NCBI GenBank assembly: GCA_964016885.1
Contig: OZ024744.1
Location: 127,596,001-127,660,000, forward strand
Direction of reading: 5' to 3'
Source: Eledone cirrhosa
Lineage: Eukaryota
DNA length: 64,000 bases
Below the pieces are notes generated by a model. The model saw only the letters and a program-made list of their open reading frames with translations. It did not search any database and was not told where the DNA came from. Positions 47,629 through 60,700 of this stretch are shown here, piece after piece. Each line of letters starts with the position of its first letter. Position 1 is the stretch's first letter. The translations under genes were made by a program, and so were the position numbers.

Positions 47629-50600
47629 TAAGTCGGGGTTAATTAAGTTGGGGTTAAGTTAAGTTGGGTTTAAGTTAAGTTGGGGCTAAGTTAAGTTGGG
47701 GCTAAGTTAAGTTGGGACTGAGTTAAGTTGGGGGTAAGTTAAGTTGGGTGTAAGTTAAGTTGGGGTTCAGTTCAGTTGGGGTTAAGTTAAGTTGGGGTTA
47801 AGTTAAGCTGGGGTTAAGTTAAGTTGGGGTTTAGTTAAGTTGGGGTTAAGTTAAGTTGGGGTTAAGTTAAGTTGGGGTTGAGTTAAGTTGGGGTTGAGTT
47901 AAGTTGGGGTTAAGTTAAGTTGGGGTTAAGTTAAGTTGGGGTTAAGTTAAGTTGGGGGTAAGTTAAGTTGGGGGTAAGTAAAATGGGGGCAAGTTAAGTT
48001 GGGGTTAAGTTAAGTTGGGGTTAAGTTAAGTTGGGGTTAAGTTAAGTTAGGGTTAATTTCAGTTGGGGTTAAGTTAAGTTGGGGTTAAGTTAAGTTAGGG
48101 TAAATTTCAGTTGGGGTTATGTTAAGTTGGGGTTAAGTTAAGTTGGGGTTAAGTTAAGTTGGTGTTAAGTAAAGTTGGGGTTAAGTTAAGTTGTGGGTTA
48201 AGTTAAGTTGGGGTTAAGTTAAGTTGGGGTTAAGTTAAGTTGGTGTTAAGTAAAGTTGGGCTGAAGTTAAGTTGGGTTTGAGTTAAGTTGGGGCTAAGTT
48301 AAGTTAGGGCTAAGTTAAGTTGGGGTTAAGTTAAGTTGGGGCTAGGTTAAGTTGGGTCTAAGTTAAGTTGGGGTTAAGTTAAGTTGGGGTTAAGTTAAGT
48401 TGGGGTTAAATTAAGTTGGGGTTAAGTTAAGTTGGGGTTAAGCTAAGTTGGGGTTAAGTTAATTTGCGGTTAAGTTAGTTTGTGGGTTAAGTTAAGTTGG
48501 GGGTAAGTTAAGTTGGGGGTAAGTTAAGTTGGGGTTAAGTTAAGTTGGGGTTAAGTTAAGTTGGCGTTAAGTTAAGTTGGGGTAAAGTTAAGTTGGGGTT
48601 AAGTTAAGTTGGGTTTAAGTTAAGTTGGGGTTAAGTTAAGTTGGGGTTAAGTCAAGTTGGGGTTAAGTCAAGTTGGGGTTAAGTCAAGTTGGGGTTAAGT
48701 TAAGTTGGGGTTAAGTTAAGTTGGGGGTAAGTTAAGTTGGGTGTAAGTTAAGTTGGGGTTAAGTTAAGTTGTGGTTAAGTTCAGTTGGGGTTAAGTTAAG
48801 TTGGGGTTAAGTTAAGCTGGGGGTAAGTTAAGTTGGGGTTAAGTTAAGTTGGGGTTAAGTTAAGTTGGGGTTAAATTAAGTTGGGGTTAAGTTAAGTTGG
48901 GGTTATATTAAGTTGGGGTTAAGTTAAGTTGGGGTTAAGATAAGTTGGGGTTAAGTTAAGTTGAGGTTAAGTTAAGTTGGAGTTAAGTTAAGTTGGGGTT
49001 AAGCCAAGTTGGGGTTAAGTTAATTTGCGGTTAAGTTAGGTTGTGGGTTAAGTTAAGTTGGGGTTAAGTTAAGCTGGGGTTAAGTTGGCGTAAGTTAAGT
49101 TGGGGGTAAGTTAAGTTGGGGTTAAGTTAAGTTGGGGTTAAGTTAAGTTGGGGTTAAGTTAAGTTGGGGTTAAGTTAAGTTGGGGTTGAGTTAAGTTGGG
49201 GTTGAGTTAAGTTGGGGTTAAGTTAAGTTGGGGTTAAGTTAAGTTGGGGTTAAGTTAAGTTGGGGTTAAGTTAAGTTGGGGGCAAGTTAAGTTGGCGTTA
49301 AGTTAAGTTGGGGTTAAGTTAAGTTGGGGTTAAATTAAGTTGGGGTTAAGTTAAGTTGGGGTTAATTTAAGTTGGGGTTAAGTTAAGTTGGGGTTAAGTT
49401 AAGTTGGAGTTGAGTCAAGTTGGGGTTAAGTCAAGTTGGGGTTAAGTCAAGTTGGGGTTAAGTCAAGTTGGGGTTAAGTTAAGTTGGGGTTAAGTTAAGT
49501 GGGGTTAAGTTAAGTTGGGGGTAAGTTAAGTTGGGTGTAAGTTAAGTTGGGGTTAAGTTAAGTTGGGGTTCAGTTCAGTTGGGGTTAAGTTAAGTTGGGG
49601 TTAAGTTAAGCTGGGGGTAAGTTAAGTTCGGGTTAAGTTAAGTTGGGGTTAAGTTAAGTTGGGGTTAAGTTAAGTCGGGGTTAAGTTAAGTTGGAGTTAA
49701 GTTAAGTTGGAGTTAAGTTAAGTTGGGGTTAAGCTAAGTTGGGGTTCAGTTAAGTTGGGGTTAAGTAAATTTGGGGCTGAGTTAAGTTGGGGTTAAGTTA
49801 AGTTCGGGTTGAGTTAAGTTGGGGTTAAGTTAAGTTGGGGTTTAGTTAAGTTGGGGTTAAGTTAAGTTGGGGTTAAGATAAGTTGGGGTTAAGTTAAGTT
49901 GGGGTTAATTTAAGTTGGGGTTGAGTTAATTTGGGTTTAAGTTAAGTTGGGCTTAACTTAAGTTGGGGTTAAGTTGGGGTTAAGTTAAGTTGGGGTTAAG
50001 TTAAGTTGGGGGTAAGTTAAGTTGGGGGCAAGTTAAGTTGGGGTTAATTTAAGTTGGGGTTAAGTTAAGTTGGGGTTATGTTAAGTTGGGGTTAAGTTAA
50101 GTTGGGGTTAAGATAAGTTGGGGTTAAGTTAAGTTGAGGTTAAGTTAAGTTGGAGTTAAGTTAAGTTGGGGTTAAGCCAAGTTGGGGTTAAGTTAATTTG
50201 CGGTTAAGTTAGGTTGTGGGTTAAGTTAAGTTGGGGTTAAGTTAAGCTGGGGTTAAGTTGGCGTAAGTTAAGTTGGGGGTAAGTTAAGTTGGGGTTAATT
50301 TAAGTTGGGGTTAAGTTAAGTTGGGGTTAAGTTAAGTTGGGGTTAAGTTAAGTTGGGGTTGAGTTAAGTTGGGGTTGAGTTAAGTTGGGGTTAAGTTAAG
50401 TTGAGGTTAAGTTAAGTTGGAGTTAAGTTAAGTTGGGGTTAAGCCAAGTTGGGGTTAAGTTAATTTGCGGTTAAGTTAGGTTGTGGGTTAAGTTAAGTTG
50501 GGGTTAAGTTAAGCTGGGGTTAAGTTGGCGTAAGTTAAGTTGGGGGTAAGTTAAGTTGGGGTTAAGTTAAGTTGGGGTTAAGTTAAGTTGGGGTTAAATT

Positions 50601-51799
50601 AAGTTGGGGTTAAGTTAAGTTGGGGTTATGTTAAGTTGGGGTTAAGTTAAGTTGGGGTTAAGATAAGTTGGGGTTAAGTTAAGTTGAGGTTAAGTTAAGT
50701 TGGAGTTAAGTTAAGTTGGGGTTAAGCCAAGTTGGGGTTAAGTTAATTTGCGGTTAAGTTAGGTTGTGGGTTAAGTTAAGTTGGGGTTAAGTTAAGCTGG
50801 GGTTAAGTTGGCGTAAGTTAAGTTGGGGGTAAGTTAAGTTGGGGTTAAGTTAAGTTGGGGTTAAGTTAAGTTGGGGTTAAGTTAAGTTGGGGTTAAGTTA
50901 AGTTGGGGTTGAGTTAAGTTGGGGTTGAGTTAAGTTGGGGTTAAGTTAAGTTGGGGTTAAGTTAAGTTGGGGTTAAGTTAAGTTGGGGTTAAGTTAAGTT
51001 GGGGTTAAGTTAAGTTGGGGGCAAGTTAAGTTGGCGTTAAGTTAAGTTGGGGTTAAGTTAAGTTGGGGTTAAATTAAGTTGGGGTTAAGTTAAGTTGGGG
51101 TTAATTTAAGTTGGGGTTAAGTTAAGTTGGGGTTAAGTTAAGTTGGAGTTGAGTCAAGTTGGGGTTAAGTCAAGTTGGGGTTAAGTCAAGTTGGGGTTAA
51201 GTCAAGTTGGGGTTAAGTTAAGTTGGGGTTAAGTTAAGTGGGGTTAAGTTAACTTGGGGGTAAGTTAAGTTGGGTGTAAGTTAAGTTGGGGTTAAGTTAA
51301 GTTGGGGTTCAGTTCAGTTGGGGTTAAGTTAAGTTGGGGTTAAGTTAAGCTGGGGGTAAGTTAAGTTCGGGTTAAGTTAAGTTGGGGTTAAGTTAAGTTG
51401 GGGTTAAGTTAAGTCGGGGTTAAGTTAAGTTGGAGTTAAGTTAAGTTGGAGTTAAGTTAAGTTGGGGTTAAGCTAAGTTGGGGTTCAGTTAAGTTGGGGT
51501 TAAGTAAATTTGGGGCTGAGTTAAGTTGGGGTTAAGTTAAGTTCGGGTTGAGTTAAGTTGGGGTTAAGTTAAGTTGGGGTTTAGTTAAGTTGGGGTTAAG
51601 TTAAGTTGGGGTTAAGATAAGTTGGGGTTAAGTTAAGTTGGGGTTAATTTAAGTTGGGGTTGAGTTAATTTGGGTTTAAGTTAAGTTGGGCTTAACTTAA
51701 GTTGGGGTTAAGTTGGGGTTAAGTTAAGTTGGGGTTAAGTTAAGTTGGGGGTAAGTTAAGTTGGGGGCAAGTTAAGTTGGGGTTAATTTAAGTTGGGGT

Positions 51800-54700
51800 T
51801 AAGTTAAGTTGGGGTTATGTTAAGTTGGAGTTAAGTTAAGTTGGGGTTAAGTTAAAGTTGGGGTTAAGTTAAGTTGGGGTAAAGTTAAGTTGGGGTTAAG
51901 TTAAGTTGGGGTTAAATTAAGTTGGGGTTCAGTTAAGTTGGGGTTAAATTAAGTTGGGGTTAAGTTAAGTTGGGGTTAGTTAAGTTGGCGTTAAGTTAAG
52001 TTGGGGTTAAGTTAAGTTGGGGTTAAGTTAAGTTGGCGTTAAGTTAAGTTGGCGTTAAGTTAAGTTGGGGTTAAGTTAAGTTGGGGTTAAATTAAGTTGG
52101 GGTTAAGTTAAGTTGGGGTTAATTTAAGTTGGGGTTAAGTTAAGTTGGGGTTAAGTTAAGTTGGAGTTAAGTCAAGTTGGGGTTAAGTCAAGTTGGGGTT
52201 AAGTCAAGTTGGGGTTAAGTCAAGTTGGGGTTAAGTTAAGTTGGGGTTAAGTTAAGTTGGGGTTAAGTTAAGTTGGGGGTAAGTTAAGTTGGGTGTAAGT
52301 TAAGTTGGGGTTAAGTTAAGTTGGGGTTAAGTTAAGTTGGGGTTAAGTTAAGTTGGGGTTAATTTAAGTTGGAGTTAAGTTAAGTTGGAGTTAAGTTAAG
52401 TTGGGGTTAAGCTAAGTTGGGGTTCAGTTAAGTTGGGGTTAAGTTAATTTGGGGCTGAGTTAAGTTGGGGTTAAGTTAAGTCGGGTTGAGTTAAGTTGGG
52501 GTTAAGTTAAGTTGGGGTTAAGTTAAGTTGGGGTTAAGTTAAGTTGGGGTTAAGATAAGTTGGGGTTAAGTTAAGTTGGGGTTAATTTAAGTTGGGGTTG
52601 AGTTAATTTGGGTTTAAGTTAAGTTGGGCTTAACTTAAGTTGGGGTTAAGTCGGGGTTAAGTTAAGTTGGGGTTAAGTTAAGTTGGGGGTAAGTTAAGTT
52701 GGGGGCAAGTTAAGTTGGGGTTAATTTAAGTTGGGGTTAAGTTAAGTTGGGGTTATGTTAAGTTGGGGTTAAGTTAAGTTGGGGTTAAGTTAAGTTGGGG
52801 GTAACTTAAGTTGGGTGTAAGTTAAGTTGGGGTTAAGTTAAGTTGGGGTTAAATTAAGTTGAGGTTAAGTTAATTTGGGGTTAAGTTAAGTTGGGGTTAC
52901 GTTAAGTTGGGGTTACGTTAAGTTGGGGGTAAGATAAGTTGGGGCTAAGTTAAGTTGGGGCTAAGTCAATTTGGGGTTAAGTCAAGTTGAGGTTAACTTA
53001 AGTTGGGGTTAAGTTAAGTTGGGGTTAAGGTAAGTTGGTGTTAAGTTAAGTTGGGGCTAAGTTAAGTTGGGGCTAAGTTAAGTTGGGGCTGAGTTAAGTT
53101 GGGGTTAAGTTGGGGTTGAGTTAAGTTGGGGTTAAGTTAAGTCGGAATTACGTTAAGTTGGGGTTAAGTTAAGTTCGGGTTGAGTTAAGTTGGGGTTAAG
53201 TTAAGTTGGGGGTAAGTTAAGTTGGGGGTAAGTAAAATGGGGGCAAGTTAAGTTGGGGTTAAGTTAAGTTGGGGTTAAGTTAAGTTGGGGTTAAGTTAAG
53301 TTAGGGTTAATTTCAGTTGGGGTTAAGTTAAGTTGGGGTTAAGTTAAGTTAGGGTTAATTTAAGTTGGGGTTATGTTAAGTTGGGGTTAAGTTAAGTTGG
53401 GGTTAAGTTAAGTTGGTGTTAAGTAAAGTTGGGATTAAGTTAAGTTGTGGGTTAAGTTAAGTTGGGGTTAAGTTAAGTTGGGGTTAAGTTGGTGTTAAGT
53501 AAAGTTGGGCTTAAGTTAAGTTGGGTTTGAGTTAAGTTGGTGCTAAGTTAAGTTAGGGCTAAGTTAAGTTGGGGTTTAGTTAAGTTGGGGCTAGGTTAAG
53601 TTGGGTCTAAGTTAAGTTGGGGTTAAGTTAAGTTGGGGTTAAGTTAAGTTGGGGTTAAATTAAGTTGGGGTTAAGTTAAGTTGGGGTAAAGCTAAGTTGG
53701 GGTTAAGTTAATTTGCGGTTAAGTTAGTTTGTGGGTTAAGTTAAGTTGGGGGTAAGTTAAGTTGGGGGTAAGTTAAGTTGGGGTTAAATTAAGTTGGGGT
53801 TAAGTTAAGTTGGGGTTAAGTTAAGTTGGGGTTAAGTTAAGTTGGGGTTAAGTTAAGTTGGCGTTAAGTTAAGTCGGGGTAAAGTTAAGTTGGGGTTAAG
53901 TTAAGTTGGGGTTAAGTTAAGTTGGGGTTAAGTCAAGTTGGGGTTAAGTCAAGTTGGGGTTAAGTTAAGGTGGGGTTAAGTTAAGTTGGGGGTAAGTTAA
54001 GTTGGGTGTAAGTTAAGTTGGGGTTAAGTTAAGTTGTGGTTAAGTTCAGTTGGGGTTAAGTTAAGTTGGGGTTAAGTTAAGCTGGGGGTAAGTTAAGTTG
54101 GGTGTAAGTTAAGTTGGGGTTAAGTTAAGTTGGGGTTAAGTTAAGTTGGGGTTAAATTAAGTTGGGGTTAAGTTAAGTTGGGGTTATGTTAAGTTGGGGT
54201 TAAGTTAAGTTGGGGTTAAGATAAGTTGGGGTTAAGTTAAGTTGAGGTTAAGTTAAGTTGGAGTTAAGTTAAGTTGGGGTTAAGCTAAGTTGGGGTTAAG
54301 TTAATTTGCGGTTAAGTTAGGTTGTGGGTTAAGTTAAGTTGGGGTTAAGTTAAGCTGGGGTTAAGTTGGGGTAAGTTAAGTTGGGGTTAAGTTAAGTTGG
54401 GGTTAAGTTAAGTTGGGGTTAAGTTAAGTTGGGGTTAAGTTAAGTTGGGGTTAAGTTAAGTTGGGGTTAAGTTAAGTTGGGGTTAAGTTAAGTTGGGGGT
54501 AAGTTAAGTTGGGGGCAAGTTAAGTTGGGGTTAAGTTAAGTTGGGGTTAAGTTAAGTTGGGGTTAAGTTAAGTTGGGGTTAAGTTAAGTTGGGGTTAAAT
54601 TAAGTTGGGGTTAAGTTAAGTTGGGGTTAGTTAAGTTGGGGTTAAGTTAAGTTGGGGTTAAGTTAAGTTGGGGTTAAGTTAAGTTGGGGTTAAATTAAGT

Positions 54701-57700
54701 TGGAGTTAAGTTAAGTTGGGGTTAATTTAAGTTGGGGTTAAGTTAAGTTGGAGTTGAGTCAAGTTGGGGTTAAGTCAAGTTGGGGTTAAGTCAAGTTGGG
54801 GTTAAGTCAAGTTGGGGTTAAGTTAAGTTGGGGTTAAGTTAAGTGGGGTTAAGTTAAGTTGGGGGTAAGTTAAGTTGGGTGTAAGTTAAGTTGGGGTTAA
54901 GTTAAGTTGGGGTTCAGTTCAGTTGGGGTTAAGTTAAGTTGGGGTTAAGTTAAGTTGGGGCTAAGTTAAGTTGGGGTTAATTTAAGTTGGGGTTAAGTTA
55001 AGTTGGGGTTAAGTTAAGTTGGGGTTGAGTTAAGTTGGGGTTGAGTTAAGTTGGGGTTAAGTTAAGTTGGGGTTAAGTTAAGTTGGGGTTAAGTTAAGTT
55101 GGGGGTAAGTTAAGTTGGGGGTAAGTTAAGTTGGGGTTAAGTTAAGTTGGGGGTAAGTTAAGTCGGGGTTAAGTTAAGTTGGGGTTAAGTTAAGTTGGGT
55201 TTAAGTTAAGTTGGGGCTAAGTTAAGTTGGGGCTAGGTTAAGTTGGGACTGAGTTAAGTTGGGGGTAAGTTAAGTTGGGTGTAAGTTAAGTTGGGGTTCA
55301 GTTCAGTTGGGGTTAAGTTAAGTTGGGGTTAAGTTAAGCTGGGGTTAAGTTAAGTTGGGGTTTAGTTAAGTTGGGGTTAAGTTAAGTTGGGGTTAAGTTA
55401 AGTTGGGGTTGAGTTAAGTTGGGGTTGAGTTAAGTTGGGGTTAAGTTAAGTTGGGGTTAAGTTAAGTTGGGGTTAAGTTAAGTTGGGGGTAAGTTAAGTT
55501 GGGGGTAAGTAAAATGGGGGCAAGTTAAGTTGGGGTTAAGTTAAGTTGGGGTTAAGTTAAGTTGGGGTTAAGTTAAGTTAGGGTTAATTTCAGTTGGGGT
55601 TAAGTTAAGTTGGGGTTAAGTTAAGTTAGGGTTAATTTAAGTTGGGGTTATGTTAAGTTGGGGTTAAGTTAAGTTGGGGTTAAGTTAAGTTGGTGTTAAG
55701 GTAAGTTGGTGTTAAGTTAAGTTGGGGCTAAGTTAAGTTGGGGCTAAGTTAAGTTGGGGCTGAGTTAAGTTGGGGTTAAGTTGGGGTTGAGTTAAGTTGG
55801 GGTTAAGTTAAGTCGGAATTACGTTAAGTTGGGGTTAAGTTAAGTTCGGGTTGAGTTAAGTTGGGGTTAAGTTAAGTTGGGGGTAAGTTAAGTTGGGGGT
55901 AAGTAAAATGGGGGCAAGTTAAGTTGGGGTTAAGTTAAGTTGGGGTTAAGTTAAGTTGGGGTTAAGTTAAGTTAGGGTTAATTTCAGTTGGGGTTAAGTT
56001 AAGTTGGGGTTAAGTTAAGTTAGGGTTAATTTAAGTTGGGGTTATGTTAAGTTGGGGTTAAGTTAAGTTGGGGTTAAGTTAAGTTGGTGTTAAGTAAAGT
56101 TGGGATTAAGTTAAGTTGTGGGTTAAGTTAAGTTGGGGTTAAGTTAAGTTGGGGTTAAGTTGGTGTTAAGTAAAGTTGGGCTTAAGTTAAGTTGGGTTTG
56201 AGTTAAGTTGGTGCTAAGTTAAGTTAGGGCTAAGTTAAGTTGGGGTTTAGTTAAGTTGGGGCTAGGTTAAGTTGGGTCTAAGTTAAGTTGGGGTTAAGTT
56301 AAGTTGGGGTTAAGTTAAGTTGGGGTTAAATTAAGTTGGGGTTAAGTTAAGTTGGGGTAAAGCTAAGTTGGGGTTAAGTTAATTTGCGGTTAAGTTAGTT
56401 TGTGGGTTAAGTTAAGTTGGGGGTAAGTTAAGTTGGGGGTAAGTTAAGTTGGGGTTAAATTAAGTTGGGGTTAAGTTAAGTTGGGGTTAAGTTAAGTTGG
56501 GGTTAAGTTAAGTTGGGGTTAAGTTAAGTTGGCGTTAAGTTAAGTCGGGGTAAAGTTAAGTTGGGGTTAAGTTAAGTTGGGGTTAAGTTAAGTTGGGGTT
56601 AAGTCAAGTTGGGGTTAAGTCAAGTTGGGGTTAAGTTAAGGTGGGGTTAAGTTAAGTTGGGGGTAAGTTAAGTTGGGTGTAAGTTAAGTTGGGGTTAAGT
56701 TAAGTTGTGGTTAAGTTCAGTTGGGGTTAAGTTAAGTTGGGGTTAAGTTAAGCTGGGGGTAAGTTAAGTTGGGTGTAAGTTAAGTTGGGGTTAAGTTAAG
56801 TTGGGGTTAAGTTAAGTTGGGGTTAAATTAAGTTGGGGTTAAGTTAAGTTGGGGTTATGTTAAGTTGGGGTTAAGTTAAGTTGGGGTTAAGATAAGTTGG
56901 GGTTAAGTTAAGTTGAGGTTAAGTTAAGTTGGAGTTAAGTTAAGTTGGGGTTAAGCTAAGTTGGGGTTAAGTTAATTTGCGGTTAAGTTAGGTTGTGGGT
57001 TAAGTTAAGTTGGGGTTAAGTTAAGCTGGGGTTAAGTTGGGGTAAGTTAAGTTGGGGTTAAGTTAAGTTGGGGTTAAGTTAAGTTGGGGTTAAGTTAAGT
57101 TGGGGTTAAGTTAAGTTGGGGTTAAGTTAAGTTGGGGTTAAGTTAAGTTGGGGTTAAGTTAAGTTGGGGGTAAGTTAAGTTGGGGGCAAGTTAAGTTGGG
57201 GTTAAGTTAAGTTGGGGTTAAGTTAAGTTGGGGTTAAGTTAAGTTGGGGTTAAGTTAAGTTGGGGTTAAATTAAGTTGGGGTTAAGTTAAGTTGGGGTTA
57301 GTTAAGTTGGGGTTAAGTTAAGTTGGGGTTAAGTTAAGTTGGGGTTAAGTTAAGTTGGGGTTAAATTAAGTTGGAGTTAAGTTAAGTTGGGGTTAATTTA
57401 AGTTGGGGTTAAGTTAAGTTGGAGTTGAGTCAAGTTGGGGTTAAGTCAAGTTGGGGTTAAGTCAAGTTGGGGTTAAGTCAAGTTGGGGTTAAGTTAAGTT
57501 GGGGTTAAGTTAAGTGGGGTTAAGTTAAGTTGGGGGTAAGTTAAGTTGGGTGTAAGTTAAGTTGGGGTTAAGTTAAGTTGGGGTTCAGTTCAGTTGGGGT
57601 TAAGTTAAGTTGGGGTTAAGTTAAGTTGGGGCTAAGTTAAGTTGGGGTTAATTTAAGTTGGGGTTAAGTTAAGTTGGGGTTAAGTTAAGTTGGGGTTGAG

Positions 57701-60700
57701 TTAAGTTGGGGTTGAGTTAAGTTGGGGTTAAGTTAAGTTGGGGTTAAGTTAAGTTGGGGTTAAGTTAAGTTGGGGGTAAGTTAAGTTGGGGGTAAGTTAA
57801 GTTGGGGTTAAGTTAAGTTGGGGGTAAGTTAAGTCGGGGTTAAGTTAAGTTGGGGTTAAGTTAAGTTGGGTTTAAGTTAAGTTGGGGCTAAGTTAAGTTG
57901 GGGCTAGGTTAAGTTGGGACTGAGTTAAGTTGGGGGTAAGTTAAGTTGGGTGTAAGTTAAGTTGGGGTTCAGTTCAGTTGGGGTTAAGTTAAGTTGGGGT
58001 TAAGTTAAGCTGGGGTTAAGTTAAGTTGGGGTTTAGTTAAGTTGGGGTTAAGTTAAGTTGGGGTTAAGTTAAGTTGGGGTTGAGTTAAGTTGGGGTTGAG
58101 TTAAGTTGGGGTTAAGTTAAGTTGGGGTTAAGTTAAGTTGGGGTTAAGTTAAGTTGGGGGTAAGTTAAGTTGGGGGTAAGTAAAATGGGGGCAAGTTAAG
58201 TTGGGGTTAAGTTAAGTTGGGGTTAAGTTAAGTTGGGGTTAAGTTAAGTTAGGGTTAATTTCAGTTGGGGTTAAGTTAAGTTGGGGTTAAGTTAAGTTAG
58301 GGTTAATTTAAGTTGGGGTTATGTTAAGTTGGGGTTAAGTTAAGTTGGGGTTAAGTTAAGTTGGTGTTAAGTAAAGTTGGGGTTAAGTTAAGTTGTGGGT
58401 TAAGTTAAGTTGGGGTTAAGTTAAGTTGGGGTTAAGTTAAGTTGGTGTTAAGTAAAGTTGGGCTGAAGTTAAGTTGGGTTTGAGTTAAGTTGGGGCTAAG
58501 TTAAGTTGGGGCTAGGTTAAGTTGGGTCTAAGTTAAGTTGGGGTTAAGTTAAGTTGGGGTTAAGTTAAGTTGGGGTTAAATTAAGTTGGGGTTAAGTTAA
58601 GTTGGGGTTAAGCTAAGTTGGGGTTAAGTTAATTTGCGGTTAAGTTAGTTTGTGGGTTAAGTTAAGTTGGGGGTAAGTTAAGTTGGGGGTAAGTTAAGTT
58701 GGGGTTAAATTAAGTTGGGGTTAAGTTAAGTTGGGGTTAAGTTAAGTTGGGGTTAAGTTAAGTTGGGGTTAAGTTAAGTTGGCGTTAAGTTAAGTTGGGG
58801 TAAAGTTAAGTTGGGGTTAAGTTAAGTTGGGTTTAAGTTAAGTTGGGGTTAAGTTAAGTTGGGGTTAAGTCAAGTTGGGGTTAAGTCAAGTTGGGGTTAA
58901 GTCAAGTTGGGGTTAAGTTAAGTTGGGGTTAAGTTAAGTTGGGGGTAAGTTAAGTTGGGTGTAAGTTAAGTTGGGGTTAAGTTAAGTTGTGGTTAAGTTC
59001 AGTTGGGGTTAAGTTAAGTTGGGGTTAAGTTAAGCTGGGGGTAAGTTAAGTTGGGGTTAAGTTAAGTTGGGGTTAAGTTAAGTTGGGGTTAAATTAAGTG
59101 TGGGTTAATTAAGTTGGGGTTATGTTAAGTTGGGGTTAAGTTAAGTTGGGGTTAAGATAAGTTGGGGTTAAGTTAAGTTGAGGTTAAGTTAAGTTGGAGT
59201 TAAGTTAAGTTGGGGTTAAGCCAAGTTGGGGTTAAGTTAATTTGCGGTTAAGTTAGGTTGTGGGTTAAGTTAAGTTGGGGTTAAGTTAAGCTGGGGTTAA
59301 GTTGGCGTAAGTTAAGTTGGGGGTAAGTTAAGTTGGGGTTAAGTTAAGTTGGGGTTAAGTTAAGTTGGGGTTAAGTTAAGTTGGGGTTAAGTTAAGTTGG
59401 GGTTCAGTTCAGTTGGGGTTAAGTTAAGTTGGGGTTAAGTTAAGCTGGGGGTAAGTTAAGTTCGGGTTAAGTTAAGTTGGGGTTAAGTTAAGTTGGGGTT
59501 AAGTTAAGTCGGGGTTAAGTTAAGTTGGAGTTAAGTTAAGTGGGGTTAAGTTAAGTTGGGGGTAAGTTAAGTTGGGTGTAAGTTAAGTTGGGGTTAAGTT
59601 AAGTTGGGGTTCAGTTCAGTTGGGGTTAAGTTAAGTTGGGGTTAAGTTAAGCTGGGGGTAAGTTAAGTTCGGGTTAAGTTAAGTTGGGGTTAAGTTAAGT
59701 TGGGGTTAAGTTAAGTCGGGGTTAAGTTAAGTTGGAGTTAAGTTAAGTTGGAGTTAAGTTAAGTTGGGGTTAAGCTAAGTTGGGGTTCAGTTAAGTTGGG
59801 GTTAAGTTAATTTGGGGCTGAGTTAAGTTGGGGTTAAGTTAAGTTCGGGTTGAGTTAAGTTGGGGTTAAGTTAAGTTGGGGTTTAGTTAAGTTGGGGTTA
59901 AGTTAAGTTGGGGTTAAGATAAGTTGGGGTTAAGTTAAGTTGGGGTTAATTTAAGTTGGGGTTGAGTTAATTTGGGTTTAAGTTAAGTTGGGCTTAACTT
60001 AAGTTGGGGTTAAGTTGGGGTTAAGTTAAGTTGGGGTTAAGTTAAGTTGGGCGTAAGTTAAGTTGGGGGCAAGTTAAGTTGGGGTTAATTTAAGTTGGGG
60101 TTAAGTTAAGTTGGGGTTATGTTAAGTTGGGGTTAAGTTAAGTTGGGGTTAAGTTAAAGTTGGGGTTAAGTTAAGTTGGGGTAAAGTTAAGTTGGGGTTA
60201 AGTTAAGTTGGGGTTAAATTAAGTTGGGGTTCAGTTAAGTTGGGGTTAAATTAAGTTGGGGTTAAGTTAAGTTGGGGTTAGTTAAGTTGGGGTTAAGTTA
60301 AGTTGGGGTTAAGTTAAGTTGGGGTTAAGTTAAGTTGGCGTTAAGTTAAGTTGGCGTTAAGTTAAGTTGGGGTTAAGTTAAGTTGGGGTTAAATTAAGTT
60401 GGGGTTAAGTTAAGTTGGGGTTAATTTAAGTTGGGGTTAAGTTAAGTTGGGGTTAAGTTAAGTTGGAGTTAAGTCAAGTTGGGGTTAAGTCAAGTTGGGG
60501 TTAAGTCAAGTTGGGGTTAAGTCAAGTTGGGGTTAAGTTAAGTTGGGGTTAAGTTAAGTTGGGGTTAAGTTAAGTTGGGGGTAAGTTAAGTTGGGTGTAA
60601 GTTAAGTTGGGGTTAAGTTAAGATGGGGTTAAGTTAAGTTGGGGTTAAGTTAAGTTGGGGTTAATTTAAGTTGGAGTTAAGTTAAGTTGGAGTTAAGTTA

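Noticed and set aside
59095-59115. Odd unit AAGTGTGGGTTAATTAAG as a possible insertion scar
   Set aside because: Explained by small substitutions and a 1-bp deletion in the monomer. Seen once and may be a consensus error.
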